The notes under the pieces: generated by a model
What the model saw: only the letters and a program-made list of their open reading frames with translations
Told to the model about the DNA's origin: nothing
Databases searched by the model: none
Program-made: the position numbers and the translations under genes
Shown: piece by piece, positions 25,899 to 36,774 of the stretch
How positions within the stretch are numbered: the stretch's first letter is position 1
Layout: each line of letters starts with the position of its first letter
Virus record (IMG/VR): IMGVR_UViG_3300018877_000002
DNA: 64,000 bases
Strand: one strand, 5' to 3'
Origin: a virus

Positions 25899-28859
25899 TT
25901 ACCCAAATACGGCTGGAACTGAAAGACCACTTACATTAGCGCTTGCAAAATCCCAATCACCAAATGCTGTAACTATACCTGCTGAAACCCCTATCGCTAA
26001 CTCTGCTCCAGTATTATCAAGCTGAACAATATTTCTATTTGTTGATGCATCTCTTAACTCAAACAATGTTTTGAATGAATTTTTAATAGCAAAATATCCA
26101 CCAGACACCATTTCAGCCCAAGAAGGAGATGGTTTTGTTTTAATTGTAACGCCTGTGATAGTTCCACCATTAATATAGTCAGCATTTATATACAAATTCC
26201 CGCCTGACATAAATAAACCTTGTAAAGAACCATTATTTGTCAGCGTATTGAATACTGCGGTTTGGTTATTCGCCACTGCTCCAACTTGTGATGCAGAAGG
26301 TGCATTTACATTGCTCCAAGAGATGGAGCCGCCATTCATGACGATATTGCCGCTAATTGAAACATTGCCATTTGTATCAACAGAAAATGTTGTTGTTCCT
26401 GAAGAGTTTTTTATATTAATACCTTTTAGCACACTTTCTTTTCCATTTATCACATTGAATCCTGTGAAGTCTATAGTTTTTGTACTTGCATCAATAAGAG
26501 TTTTTGGTGTTGCATCTCCTGTTTGGATTAATAAATTCTTGGTCGTCATGTTTTCGGCAATCAAATTACCATTCGCATCAACATAAAATTTTTTAACCCA
26601 TACTGGAGAATTTGCAGTTCCTGTATTTTGTTCAATTTTAATTCCATCTGTAGCATTTAAAGTAATTTTTGATTTGCTATCACTTTTTAATACCTCTAGC
26701 CCTTTTGTTGAATTAATTGAGACACCATTGCTACCACCAGTAATATTTAGTGTTGCTCCATTTATCTCAACTCCTGAAGAATTTACCTTAAATGTTTTTA
26801 CACCATTTGAATCACTCGCGTCAATAGTTAAGTCTTGACCAGCAATAATCGTTCCAATTATCCTCTCTCCCACAATTCCATCTGGAGTCATTGCATGTTT
26901 CCATGTATTCCCTCCATCTTTTGTTAATGCTATAATGCCATGTTGCATAACAACATATTTCAAAGGATCATTAGGGTCTTGAATTGTTATCCCTCTTGGG
27001 GAGATTGACACAGCTTCATTGATGCCAGCCATAATTGTTCGCTTATTAGCATCCCAAGCATTATTTAAAATTTGGCTGACTTGATTGTTAACGTTGTCAA
27101 TGCCATCCCATTTTAACTTGTTCATATCAACAGTAGTAGATGTAGAGATAGAGCCGTAAAGCAGTTTGATTATTTTTTCCTCATTTGTCTCTAAATCCTT
27201 TATGTTAGCAATAGTAAGCTTTACGCTTGCATCATCTTCGTTTGTTTCAATTTCAATAATTTTAGCTTCAATGTCAACGCCCATTCTATCATAGGTAATA
27301 GTGATTGTATCGCCTAGCACTAGCTTAGTCCAATCATTTTGGCATTCTACGATTTGCCTAAAGTCTACAATATCAATAGAGAATACTACTTGCGGCTTTT
27401 TTAGTTCTTCAAATTTCTTCAAGGCAGACTCATATAAATCCTTGGAGTTGGTATAAGCTGTATCAGTCCATTCTTTTTCAATGATAAAATTGTTTCTTTC
27501 TGCTATCTGTGCTTGGGTGAAATTATTTTCAACTTTAACTGTTTCTTGAAGCGCTACGATTTGTTGAGAGATACCATTAATCTGTTGCTGTTTGTTGTTT
27601 ATCTCCACTTTTTTCGCATCAATTTCTGTCTGTTTATTTGTTTTCAATGTCGAAAGTTTATCCCAATATGTTGAATTTGTTGGGCTATTGCCTGTTGTTA
27701 CTCCTTTTGCAATATACCCTGCCTCATTGTAGTAAACAAGTGCGCCTTTAGTGTATGTTCTGCTTGATTCGTAGGCTATTCTGGTAGCATTAATCGTATC
27801 AATGTTATCCTGAATAATGGCTAGGTCAGTTTCAAGTTTTGATAAACCATCTGTAGTGTTTGTTTGTAAGGCTAACAATTGTGCTTGAAGCGTACTCTTT
27901 TGACTTAGCAGATCATTAAATTGTCCAGTAATAGAATTTATCTTATCTTTGTAATCTAAGATCGCATGGGACAGGTCATCAGACATGTAATAAGAATGAC
28001 TGATGACATTTCTATTAGCATCTCTAGCAAACGGAAATAGGAAGTAAGAAAAGTCCTCCAAGTAATTTTGACCAGTGGGGTTATGTTCTTGGATGGAAAT
28101 ATCCTCACCGCCAAATACTTTTAGTCTTGTAACCATTTCATCTGCATCGCTCTCTTTGTTTAAGGTCTTCAGATAATGACCATAGCTTATCCTCAAACCT
28201 CTATTAACACCTATATTTTCTAAATTCTTTCCTGCATCCTTAATGAATATTTTACGATTCTCTGTATCCCAAACAATCAAACCTTTAACTTTCTCTGCAA
28301 CATCAAAAATAAAGTTCAAAACTGTTTGTGATGAGACTTCAAATGATCTATAAAGAATAGAAATTGTTGCGTCGATACCGCCAACAGTGTCAATTGTCCA
28401 GTTTGTTTCTGTAAGCGATAGAACCTCTTGTAAAGTTTCCAATATATTTTTTGGGGTTGTATTAGTCTCGCCTTCTACTGGCATATTTTTATAATTACGA
28501 AGAACTCTATCTCTTAGTTCATAAGCCAACAAGAAAGCTTGAACACTTTTCACATCTTCTGCGTCATCCATTGCTTCAGTCACTCTATTAATAATATACC
28601 ACTCGTGACTATTTCCAATTTGCACTTTTAACAAATATCTTTCTCTAAGATTATCTACGTTTGGATTTCTGACTAACTTGTGGTTAATATCTACCTCATA
28701 CGGAACCTTAAAGTTTAATTCATGGATTCCACCAAGTTTTAATTTTAAATTTTTACTGTAAGCCTCAGTCAACTTTCCAATGATCGTTTTGTCAGGTCTA
28801 GCTAGGAATAGCTCTATTTTCTCTGGAGATTTGTTAAAATCAATATCAATAAAAGTCAT
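25899..28859 (-). CDS. tail-associated protein (Tal-like, prophage tail endopeptidase family position)
   Basis: 986 aa, downstream of Dit and the tape measure. Has a central coiled coil and a CBM5/12-like motif (YTKGALVYYNEAGYIA...YWDKL). Confidence 0.55.
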   Translation of the reverse strand: MTFIDIDFNKSPEKIELFLARPDKTIIGKLTEAYSKNLKLKLGGIHELNFKVPYEVDINHKLVRNPNVDNLRERYLLKVQIGNSHEWYIINRVTEAMDDAEDVKSVQAFLLAYELRDRVLRNYKNMPVEGETNTTPKNILETLQEVLSLTETNWTIDTVGGIDATISILYRSFEVSSQTVLNFIFDVAEKVKGLIVWDTENRKIFIKDAGKNLENIGVNRGLRISYGHYLKTLNKESDADEMVTRLKVFGGEDISIQEHNPTGQNYLEDFSYFLFPFARDANRNVISHSYYMSDDLSHAILDYKDKINSITGQFNDLLSQKSTLQAQLLALQTNTTDGLSKLETDLAIIQDNIDTINATRIAYESSRTYTKGALVYYNEAGYIAKGVTTGNSPTNSTYWDKLSTLKTNKQTEIDAKKVEINNKQQQINGISQQIVALQETVKVENNFTQAQIAERNNFIIEKEWTDTAYTNSKDLYESALKKFEELKKPQVVFSIDIVDFRQIVECQNDWTKLVLGDTITITYDRMGVDIEAKIIEIETNEDDASVKLTIANIKDLETNEEKIIKLLYGSISTSTTVDMNKLKWDGIDNVNNQVSQILNNAWDANKRTIMAGINEAVSISPRGITIQDPNDPLKYVVMQHGIIALTKDGGNTWKHAMTPDGIVGERIIGTIIAGQDLTIDASDSNGVKTFKVNSSGVEINGATLNITGGSNGVSINSTKGLEVLKSDSKSKITLNATDGIKIEQNTGTANSPVWVKKFYVDANGNLIAENMTTKNLLIQTGDATPKTLIDASTKTIDFTGFNVINGKESVLKGINIKNSSGTTTFSVDTNGNVSISGNIVMNGGSISWSNVNAPSASQVGAVANNQTAVFNTLTNNGSLQGLFMSGGNLYINADYINGGTITGVTIKTKPSPSWAEMVSGGYFAIKNSFKTLFELRDASTNRNIVQLDNTGAELAIGVSAGIVTAFGDWDFASANVSGLSVPAVFG

Positions 28860-28875
28860 TTTCGACTCACCCTTT

Positions 28876-29646
28876 CTACCCTTGCAATGTCTTGAAGTAA
28901 TATCTAAATTGGAATTTTGCCTTCCCCTTTACCGTTAGATGATTTATACCTCTAACAAAATCCAAATAATTATTATTAAAGGAGTTGTAACGATATGTAG
29001 CTGGAAGAGAAGTTGTAATAATATGATTCTCACAATTCACTTTGACCTCTTCCCCATCTGCAAGCCCAATAAATTTAAACTCTTTCCCTGTCGTATGGTT
29101 TACAATAGAAAAATCACCAACTCCCACCTTTTGAATCCAAATTTCAGGCTTACAATTCACATCTCCATTGTTAATGAATGTAATTTCTGTTCCGCTAGTT
29201 GTATTTTCAGACATATCATAAACTACGGATTCAACAATTGGAGTATAAGTATAAGGTGAATCACATCTAAACTCTAAATCAATATACCCTTGTTTTAAGC
29301 CATTATGTAATAACTTAGGACTGGAGTTTAGTACGCAATACCAAATTCTATTAGGAGCATCCACTGTGTAAAATGGCTTATAATAATTTTGATCTAGCCA
29401 TCTTGCTACCTCTCTAATCTTTTGTTCGTTATAAGTATCTTTGAAAGCAAAAGATAAAGAAAGAATAAGGGGTGAACGAGTCACCCCTTGAAAATATGGC
29501 TTTTCTCTACCGCGAATTGTAACCTCTTCAATCTTTCGCTCTGACAAGAATGATTCTTCGTAAAGTCCCGAATTTAGTGTTACATTATACAATCCCATCT
29601 CTTCAGATGAGATTCCATTATAGTAAAAAGAAATGCTCTCTTTCAT
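28876..29646 (-). CDS. distal tail protein (Dit)
   Basis: 256 aa, immediately after the tape measure gene with an ATGA-type junction. Confidence 0.55.
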   Translation of the reverse strand: MKESISFYYNGISSEEMGLYNVTLNSGLYEESFLSERKIEEVTIRGREKPYFQGVTRSPLILSLSFAFKDTYNEQKIREVARWLDQNYYKPFYTVDAPNRIWYCVLNSSPKLLHNGLKQGYIDLEFRCDSPYTYTPIVESVVYDMSENTTSGTEITFINNGDVNCKPEIWIQKVGVGDFSIVNHTTGKEFKFIGLADGEEVKVNCENHIITTSLPATYRYNSFNNNYLDFVRGINHLTVKGKAKFQFRYYFKTLQG

Positions 29647-32600
29647 TAAATTGCTCCTCCTTTCTTTCTTACTTCTTTAACAAGTCTATTGAATGCTGTC
29701 ATGCCACCCTTTTCATCGCCTGTCAATTTTTCAATTTGCATAGTAATGTTGTAGGTAACGTTTGAAGAGCTTGTTTCGTTCGCTGGAATAAATTTAGATA
29801 TATTATGTACATTGCCAATAAATTCTCTTACCATTCCGACAATCTTTAACATATTTGAAGTGTCATCTTTATTTAAAACCAGCTCTTTTTGATGTAGCAG
29901 TGCAAGCCTACCATCATTTCCGCTCCAAGTACCAGTATATCCTCCAGTTTCGAAACCGAATGGCTGAATAAGCTTTTTAAGTTCAGGGTCTGCTTGCAAC
30001 TCTGCCAAAGTATAATCTTTGAAGCCCCATGTCTCTCTCATTCTATTATTAATTGTTGCCAAACGAGACATCTCTTCTGCATTCCCCTTTTGATTAGCTA
30101 AAATCCATCTAACTTTGTTTTGCACATAATCTTTAAAGGCTTCTCCTCTATACTTTTGCACCATCCATTGAAGCTTAGGATCATTAAAAAGCTCATCCTT
30201 TGTATAATCTTTGTAACCATATTGCTGACGAAACTTTTCGTTTTCTGTATTCAACGCTGTTCTACTGCTGTCATCTGCTGTTAGCCATTTAATTTTATTT
30301 CTAATATATGTTTCAAAAGAATTAACGTTCTCACCTTTACCTCTTGTATCACCATTCACAGAAGGTAGCATATCCATAGCATCTTGAAGCTTTTTGATAA
30401 TGTTTTGTTCAATAATTTTAGCAATCTCTTCTGTTTCTTTTTCTAATTTTGTTTTATACTCAGTTAGATATCCACCAAGCATTTTAATCGCTTCAGTATA
30501 ATTGCCTTGTAGAATTTCTTTTCTTCTATCTGCCCAATACTGGTCATTTTGCAGTAATTTTTCGGCCTCATCTTCAGCTCTTTTAATCGCTTCTTCGCTA
30601 GAACGTTTTTGCTCTTCAAGTTTCTTATCAGCCTTTTCCTTTTCAGATTCATTTATTTTTTTATTTGTTTCGTAAGTATTCTCTAGCTCTTCTTTGCGAT
30701 TCTCTCGCTCTCTATCTTTGATTAGATCGTCTAAGTTTTTTTGCTTGTCTTTTAGTTGTTTTTGCAACTCTTTCATTTGTTGTCTACCTTCGATAGAGTT
30801 GTCCATAGAGAGGATGTTTATTTTATTTTGAATTTCCGCTACTTCTTCTTGGGCTTTTTTCAGCTTATCAGCATACTCTTCATCTCTAGCTTCTTTGTCG
30901 ATGGCTTTAATTTGAGACTGGTATGTTTCTTCGATTTTTTTGGCTTCTTCATCTAGTTCGTCGATACGTTTTTTATGAGCTTCTTCGTTCTCTTTCTGCG
31001 TTTTTTCAATAGCTTTAATTTCCAAATCTCTTTTCTTTTCGATAGCTTCCTTCCAAGTTTCGATAATTTTATCTGCCGCTTCTTCAGCGGACTCCCTTTC
31101 TTTACTCGCAAGGTCTTTGTTGAACTTCTCGTATTCATCATTAAAGTCGCGTTGAGATTTTGTTGTTTGGTCAATAACCTGTTGTACGTCCCACCATTGG
31201 CTACCAAGATTTTTCAGCCTTTGGATATTCTCATCAGTCATCTTACCGTTTTCACGAATATAATTTGCTTCTTCATGCAGGTATTTTTGTTTATTCTTCA
31301 GATATTGAATTTGATTATTGTATTCATCATTAATGGATTTCACAGACTCTTTGTTCGTCCAACTTGTCTCTTCTAAATCTTGTCTATATTGGTTTATCCA
31401 TATAGAAGACCTTTTGACAATAAAATCAATATCTTGAATTTTTTCCTCCCATCCTTGCAAGAAGGAGTTAAAGATATCTTGTTCAAGTTGACTGATATCC
31501 TCTCTAGTCTTTATCAAATCTTGTTTCAAGCTAAGTTGCTTACTATAAACCTGAGCCTCAGAAGCGTCTTCGCTATTACCGCTAACAGTATACGTTCCAC
31601 CATTGCTGGCAACCTCGTTGTAAAACTTTTTAACCCCACTTACCCAATGGTTGTTTAGTCCATTAGGATCATTTCCAGCGCCAATTGGAGCATATTTTGC
31701 ACCAATCTGCTCAATTGTAGTTAGCCCTTTTTGGATATAATATTTCGAAATTTGACGTGCTAAATCGTTAATAGAGTCTTCAACGGTATTATAGTGCATC
31801 CAACCATCTGAAAACTTACCTGTGTAATCAGTCATACCAGCAATGTTTTTATTATTCCTAGCTAAAGCTGAACTACCTCTGCCAGATTCATGCATAGCAA
31901 TAGCCGCAATTAAAGCAGGGTCTACTCCATACTGTTTGCCAGCCGCTACAAATGCGCTTTCCTTGCCCGCTAAAACACCTTGTAAACCTTTAACGCCACT
32001 GGTAGATGTGGTTGTGCCACCGCTTGCATTGCGAGTTCCATATGTATAGTCAGTTGGATTATTCAACTCATTCTGGATTAGCCTTTGCTTTTCTTTTAGT
32101 AGATCAATTTGCTCCTGTAAAGCATCGCGATATTCTTGAGATGATTTTGGATATTCAGCAAGCTTTCTTTTTGACTCCTCCAGCTTCATGTTTAGATCAT
32201 CAATTGCTTTTGCAAATGCAGATACTTTATCGCTGTTTTTCTTCAACGGATCATCTGTTGATGTTTCGAAATTAAATCCAGAATTTACTGCCGACTTCAT
32301 TTCATTTAGACTTTCTTTAAGAGCGGCATACTCCTTTAGATTTTCTCCATATTGACTATATCTAGAAGAAGCAATTTGAGATTGACGCAACTGCGCTCTT
32401 GGGTCAGCGTTATCATCTACCGCCATGTCGTAAAGCTCATTAAGCTTCATTTGAGCCTGAGCGACAGTCTCAATCATCTCTACCTCTTTCAAGGTCATAC
32501 CAAGTTTTTGGGCAAGGAACTGTGCGCCTAGACGCATCTCCTCTTCTTTGGCTTTGATTTTATCCCTAGTCCCTTGAAGAGCTACATCCCGCTCTTTTAA

Positions 32601-35600
32601 TAAAGATTCAGTAGAAATAACAATTTGTCCGTTCAGTATCTTCCAAGATTTTTGCAGTTCTGGATGTGCTTTTGTTAACGAAATGACCTCATCATAGGTC
32701 AATTTCTGACCTCTTGTTTGTTTTTCAATTGCTTTATTAAGGTCTTTAACTTCGTCTGCTCCCTTTGTCATTTCTCCACGAAGATCATTCATAGCACCCT
32801 TGAAGTCAATAGTTGTGCTACCCGCTTCAATTGTTTTGCCCATATATTTATTTAGGATTTGATTAAACCAGTCTATTGATAAGCCAGCTTGCATAGCTGT
32901 ATCTTTTAGATTCATAATAAACTTCTCTTGTTCAACAAAAGCGTTATCCCCATATTTTTTAAGCCAGAATGAGGATTCCCCTACCTTCATGGTATCGTCG
33001 CCCTTCATTGCTTTTTCAATATTGATAGCGGCTTGCGCTAATTTGCGCATTTTCTCTTCTTGTTCAGCAAGCTCCTTTACATTGCCAATTTTTGCAATAT
33101 CATTGGCTTTGGCTACATTTTCGACATAACGCTTTGTTTCATTGGATAAACTCTTATAGCCATCCAATGCTTGGGCTTGACTTCTTAGGTGATCTCTCCA
33201 ATCGACATTAGCCTGTTGTAGAAGACCTTCGTACTTTGCAAGAGCCTGTAGCTTTTCAGCTTCAAGCTTGTTAGCGAGTCTCAGATTTCCTTCGCTATCA
33301 GGATTATTTTTGTAAACATCTGAGTTTTTAAATTTATCAATTGCTCTTTGCGCTTTGTCCAAATCTTCTTTTGCATTATCTAATTCTGCATTTCGTTTTT
33401 CAAAATTATTTCTAAATTTAGCAGAAGCTTCCTGTTCCTTAATTTTTGTTAATTTTTCAAGAATTTCTATTTCTTGTTTCATTACTTCAATGTTAACTAA
33501 TCGTTTTTTACCTTCTTCATCTACACCCTCTATAAACTGAGGCATTAGATCAATAAGTCTTTCTCTTGTTTTTGTATAGTCTTCTAACTCTTTTGTATCA
33601 AGTCCCTCTCCATTAGGATTGGTCTGCTCATATCTCTCTAGAGTTTGAATAAGTTTTTCAATCTCTGCACCATGCTCTGCATATGTAGCAGTCATATTTC
33701 TAGTGCGTTCTTCGATATCCTGCAAACGCTGTTCCGCTTCAGCACTTTTCCCAGCAAAATCAGCAATAAGTTCAATCACAGCAGTAATAGCAAATGCAAG
33801 TCCAAGAGTAACTGTAGCCTGAAATGCTCTAACAGCCCACGTTGCCGCTTTAGCGCCTAATCCTAATTTTTGGAAGCCCAATGTTAACGCGGCAATAGAT
33901 ACTTGGCCTTGGACAGTTGATGCCATCATAGCATTAAACCAAATCAAACCTGTTTTTGCAGTTTCGCTGAATTTGAAAATTGCCAATGTTGCAGGAATTA
34001 CAAACATAGGAATTGCACCAAACATGTTAATCATATCGTCAATAATATTAACAAGAACTGTCAGTAGGTCAATCGCGTTGCGAATACCCTGAGAGTTAAA
34101 TGTATCATGCCATACATTCTGACCTGCTGTTTTCAGCGCATTTAGGTGAGCTTCAGTACCTTGTAGCCACAAATTATATTTGCTTTGCGTTGTACCAGCC
34201 GCCTCAAGAGATTGTTTGTACAAGTCAACAGACTCAGCGTAACCTTCCATGATATTCAGGAAACGTGCTTGTTGATATGAACCAGCCACAGTAGTTGCAA
34301 GATATGCTTTTTCTCTATTGCTTAGAGTTACCCATTTAGCACCAAGCTCGTCCATTACTTGACCAAAGTTTCTAAAGTTGCCCTCTGCGTCCATTAGCTG
34401 AATGCCTACAGCACCAAGCGCTTTTGATACCATGTTAACGTCAGTTCCATCCTCTGAATCAAACCCTTGCTCTTTCATATTTTGGATACGTGCAATGATA
34501 GATTTTACAGAGTTACCAATTGTTTCGGCAGATTCACGTGTTTTGGAAGAAATAACTGCAATCCATGAAGCTACCTTCTCAAATTCGATTCCAAGCGCAC
34601 CAGCAGTACCACCAACTTTTTGGAATGCTCTACCAATCTCATCAGCGCCAGTTGCAGTTGCATCGCCCAAATAAGAAAAGACATCAGAAGCATGTTCAAT
34701 AGAGATATTCATAGAATTGACAGTAGCCGTCAGGATTTCAGTTGCCTCCTTGACATCCATAGCAGAAATTTTGGCGTACTGAGTTGTTGTCCTTAGCCTT
34801 TCTGCAACTTGTTCTTGATTTAAACCTTGACGATAAAATTCCGTTGCGCTTTTTGTTAACTCTAAAGTTGTGACGCGCATCTCTCCAGCAAGATCAGCAT
34901 ATTGTTGACCTAGCTTCTCTACACCAGCCTGAGATTGCCCTGTTACAATAGAAATCTCAGTTAAAGATTTGTTTAGCTCATTTACATAAGCGATGCCATC
35001 TGTAAAGAAATGTAAGGTTTGATAGAAGATAGTCATACCAGCCATCCACACAGGGATTTTCTGCATGGCTGTCCCTAGACTTTCAAAAAAGCCCATCTGC
35101 GCCTGAGTGTTGTTTCTTACTACAGAGCCATTCTGATACATGGAGTTAGTTAGCCTATCAATACTACCCTTGTAATTTGTAACAAGCTTACTTCCATCAT
35201 TCATGACTGCATTGTAGCGAATCATCTCTTGTTGTGTTTTAGAGTCCCATACACGTTCTAAAGAGACACTATTCGAATCAATAGCCTTTTTGCCTGTTAG
35301 GTCATGCTTCTTGTTTAGTTCATCAGCAATGCGCTGTCTAATAACTTCATCTCTGTTATAGTCAACCCCAGCCAAATCTGCAATCTTCTTATTTTGTAGA
35401 AACTTTTGCTTGTCAATTTCCGCATTCATTTTTAGAGCTTCTTTATGAAGACTCTCCATGATCTTTTGTTCTCGTTTTGCATTCTCTTGGATTGCCGTAT
35501 AATGAGCTTTATCCAACTCTTCTTGCTGTTTTTTCTTTTGATTGAATAGCTTGTTTTGCTCAATAGCTTCTTTTTGAATAGCATCCATGCGAGCTTTTTC

Positions 35601-36275
35601 AAACTTCTGATTTTCTTTTATAGCCTGAGCATGAATCTTGCCCATATCAGTAACATTTTTAAATTCTGATTCAAAGTCCTTTTTGTTGGAGCTATATGCA
35701 ATAGAAGTAGGGCTAATTTTCTCTAATCTTTTGCGAATTTTTAGAGCAGTCACGTCGTTAATTAACCCCATACTAACAGCGTCATTGATTCGTTTAGTCC
35801 ACGCCTTGCTATATTGCTCAAATTCGGCTTGTTTTCGTTTAATCTGCTCTAGGTTTTGAGTAACCCTATATCCAGTTGGCTTCATTTCAGCGTCATATGT
35901 AGTTTCTACAATTCTATTTTTGTTAATTCTTCTTTCTTTTCTACCAGTGAAATTCTTATCTCCATCAAAGCTATCGGAAATTTTACTTACTTCATCCCAT
36001 TGACGGAGTAATTTTTTTGTTTCTACATTAGCGCCTTGAATGATCTGATTTACACTCTTCCCAGCTCGACTCATATTAGCCATAGCTGTAACTGTTGCTT
36101 TATCTAGATCACCAATAACCTTGTTGAATTGCCTTAGTGTGTTTAGGACTTCTTTATCCATTTTAATTGTCAAGTCAATTTCTTTTAATCTATCTTGAAT
36201 TTGCTTAATTTGATTATCTATATCAGAAACATTAACTTTTGCTTGAATTAAAATACCTAATGGTTTTTTAGCCAC
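29646..36275 (-). CDS. tape measure protein with internal lytic transglycosylase domain
   Basis: 2209 aa. Has TM-like hydrophobic segments, long coiled coils, and GVDPALIAAIAMHESGRGSS (SLT catalytic E-S motif, about 31,650-31,960). Confidence 0.9.
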   Translation of the reverse strand: MAKKPLGILIQAKVNVSDIDNQIKQIQDRLKEIDLTIKMDKEVLNTLRQFNKVIGDLDKATVTAMANMSRAGKSVNQIIQGANVETKKLLRQWDEVSKISDSFDGDKNFTGRKERRINKNRIVETTYDAEMKPTGYRVTQNLEQIKRKQAEFEQYSKAWTKRINDAVSMGLINDVTALKIRKRLEKISPTSIAYSSNKKDFESEFKNVTDMGKIHAQAIKENQKFEKARMDAIQKEAIEQNKLFNQKKKQQEELDKAHYTAIQENAKREQKIMESLHKEALKMNAEIDKQKFLQNKKIADLAGVDYNRDEVIRQRIADELNKKHDLTGKKAIDSNSVSLERVWDSKTQQEMIRYNAVMNDGSKLVTNYKGSIDRLTNSMYQNGSVVRNNTQAQMGFFESLGTAMQKIPVWMAGMTIFYQTLHFFTDGIAYVNELNKSLTEISIVTGQSQAGVEKLGQQYADLAGEMRVTTLELTKSATEFYRQGLNQEQVAERLRTTTQYAKISAMDVKEATEILTATVNSMNISIEHASDVFSYLGDATATGADEIGRAFQKVGGTAGALGIEFEKVASWIAVISSKTRESAETIGNSVKSIIARIQNMKEQGFDSEDGTDVNMVSKALGAVGIQLMDAEGNFRNFGQVMDELGAKWVTLSNREKAYLATTVAGSYQQARFLNIMEGYAESVDLYKQSLEAAGTTQSKYNLWLQGTEAHLNALKTAGQNVWHDTFNSQGIRNAIDLLTVLVNIIDDMINMFGAIPMFVIPATLAIFKFSETAKTGLIWFNAMMASTVQGQVSIAALTLGFQKLGLGAKAATWAVRAFQATVTLGLAFAITAVIELIADFAGKSAEAEQRLQDIEERTRNMTATYAEHGAEIEKLIQTLERYEQTNPNGEGLDTKELEDYTKTRERLIDLMPQFIEGVDEEGKKRLVNIEVMKQEIEILEKLTKIKEQEASAKFRNNFEKRNAELDNAKEDLDKAQRAIDKFKNSDVYKNNPDSEGNLRLANKLEAEKLQALAKYEGLLQQANVDWRDHLRSQAQALDGYKSLSNETKRYVENVAKANDIAKIGNVKELAEQEEKMRKLAQAAINIEKAMKGDDTMKVGESSFWLKKYGDNAFVEQEKFIMNLKDTAMQAGLSIDWFNQILNKYMGKTIEAGSTTIDFKGAMNDLRGEMTKGADEVKDLNKAIEKQTRGQKLTYDEVISLTKAHPELQKSWKILNGQIVISTESLLKERDVALQGTRDKIKAKEEEMRLGAQFLAQKLGMTLKEVEMIETVAQAQMKLNELYDMAVDDNADPRAQLRQSQIASSRYSQYGENLKEYAALKESLNEMKSAVNSGFNFETSTDDPLKKNSDKVSAFAKAIDDLNMKLEESKRKLAEYPKSSQEYRDALQEQIDLLKEKQRLIQNELNNPTDYTYGTRNASGGTTTSTSGVKGLQGVLAGKESAFVAAGKQYGVDPALIAAIAMHESGRGSSALARNNKNIAGMTDYTGKFSDGWMHYNTVEDSINDLARQISKYYIQKGLTTIEQIGAKYAPIGAGNDPNGLNNHWVSGVKKFYNEVASNGGTYTVSGNSEDASEAQVYSKQLSLKQDLIKTREDISQLEQDIFNSFLQGWEEKIQDIDFIVKRSSIWINQYRQDLEETSWTNKESVKSINDEYNNQIQYLKNKQKYLHEEANYIRENGKMTDENIQRLKNLGSQWWDVQQVIDQTTKSQRDFNDEYEKFNKDLASKERESAEEAADKIIETWKEAIEKKRDLEIKAIEKTQKENEEAHKKRIDELDEEAKKIEETYQSQIKAIDKEARDEEYADKLKKAQEEVAEIQNKINILSMDNSIEGRQQMKELQKQLKDKQKNLDDLIKDRERENRKEELENTYETNKKINESEKEKADKKLEEQKRSSEEAIKRAEDEAEKLLQNDQYWADRRKEILQGNYTEAIKMLGGYLTEYKTKLEKETEEIAKIIEQNIIKKLQDAMDMLPSVNGDTRGKGENVNSFETYIRNKIKWLTADDSSRTALNTENEKFRQQYGYKDYTKDELFNDPKLQWMVQKYRGEAFKDYVQNKVRWILANQKGNAEEMSRLATINNRMRETWGFKDYTLAELQADPELKKLIQPFGFETGGYTGTWSGNDGRLALLHQKELVLNKDDTSNMLKIVGMVREFIGNVHNISKFIPANETSSSNVTYNITMQIEKLTGDEKGGMTAFNRLVKEVRKKGGAI

Positions 36276-36331
36276 GATTCGTCACTCCCCTTTTGCATTT
36301 ATATTTGGAGTGACAAAATCTGCACTCCATA

Positions 36332-36769
36332 CTACTCAGCGTAATTAGCTGTCTCCACAATGTCACAATAACGATCATAGTCAAATGCATCCTGACCACT
36401 AAATTTAATCTTTGTATTCAACACAGCATCTTTGACAGTTAAAAGCATGTCTTTTCGCTCTTCATTGTTGTCAATTATGCAGTCTTCGTTCATTAGAACT
36501 GCATACTCATTGGTAAACGCACCCATATCAGAAACTTGATAGGCACTGCCTCCATCTTCATTTGTAACAATAATTGGTGTTCCATCTTCATTTTTTTCAG
36601 CGTATTTTTGAACCATCTGAATACGCTCTTCTTCTATCATTTGCATTCTCTCTACAAGAATCTTAACAAGTCGAGTTCTCATTCGCGATTCTTTGCCTTC
36701 CAAGTCAAGTCTCATAAGAAATTGTACAAATCCATTAATTTCATGATTTTTTAATTTCATTTCGATCAC
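36332..36769 (-). CDS. tail assembly chaperone (by position)
   Basis: Acidic 145-aa protein directly upstream of the tape measure gene. Confidence 0.45.
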   Translation of the reverse strand: MIEMKLKNHEINGFVQFLMRLDLEGKESRMRTRLVKILVERMQMIEEERIQMVQKYAEKNEDGTPIIVTNEDGGSAYQVSDMGAFTNEYAVLMNEDCIIDNNEERKDMLLTVKDAVLNTKIKFSGQDAFDYDRYCDIVETANYAE

Positions 36770-36774
36770 TCCTT

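Noticed and set aside
30464-31658. Several 60-130 aa ORFs on both strands inside the tape measure gene (30464-30652, 30756-30956, 30953-31207, 30975-31376, 31380-31658)
   Set aside because: They lie in the K/E-rich low-complexity part of a 2209-aa gene. They have no RBS, and their composition mirrors that of the real frame.
36276-36331. Programmed -1 frameshift (G/GT-type) chaperone extension upstream of the tape measure gene
   Set aside because: Only 56 nt separate the chaperone candidate from the tape measure start. No overlapping second frame or slippery heptamer was evident.
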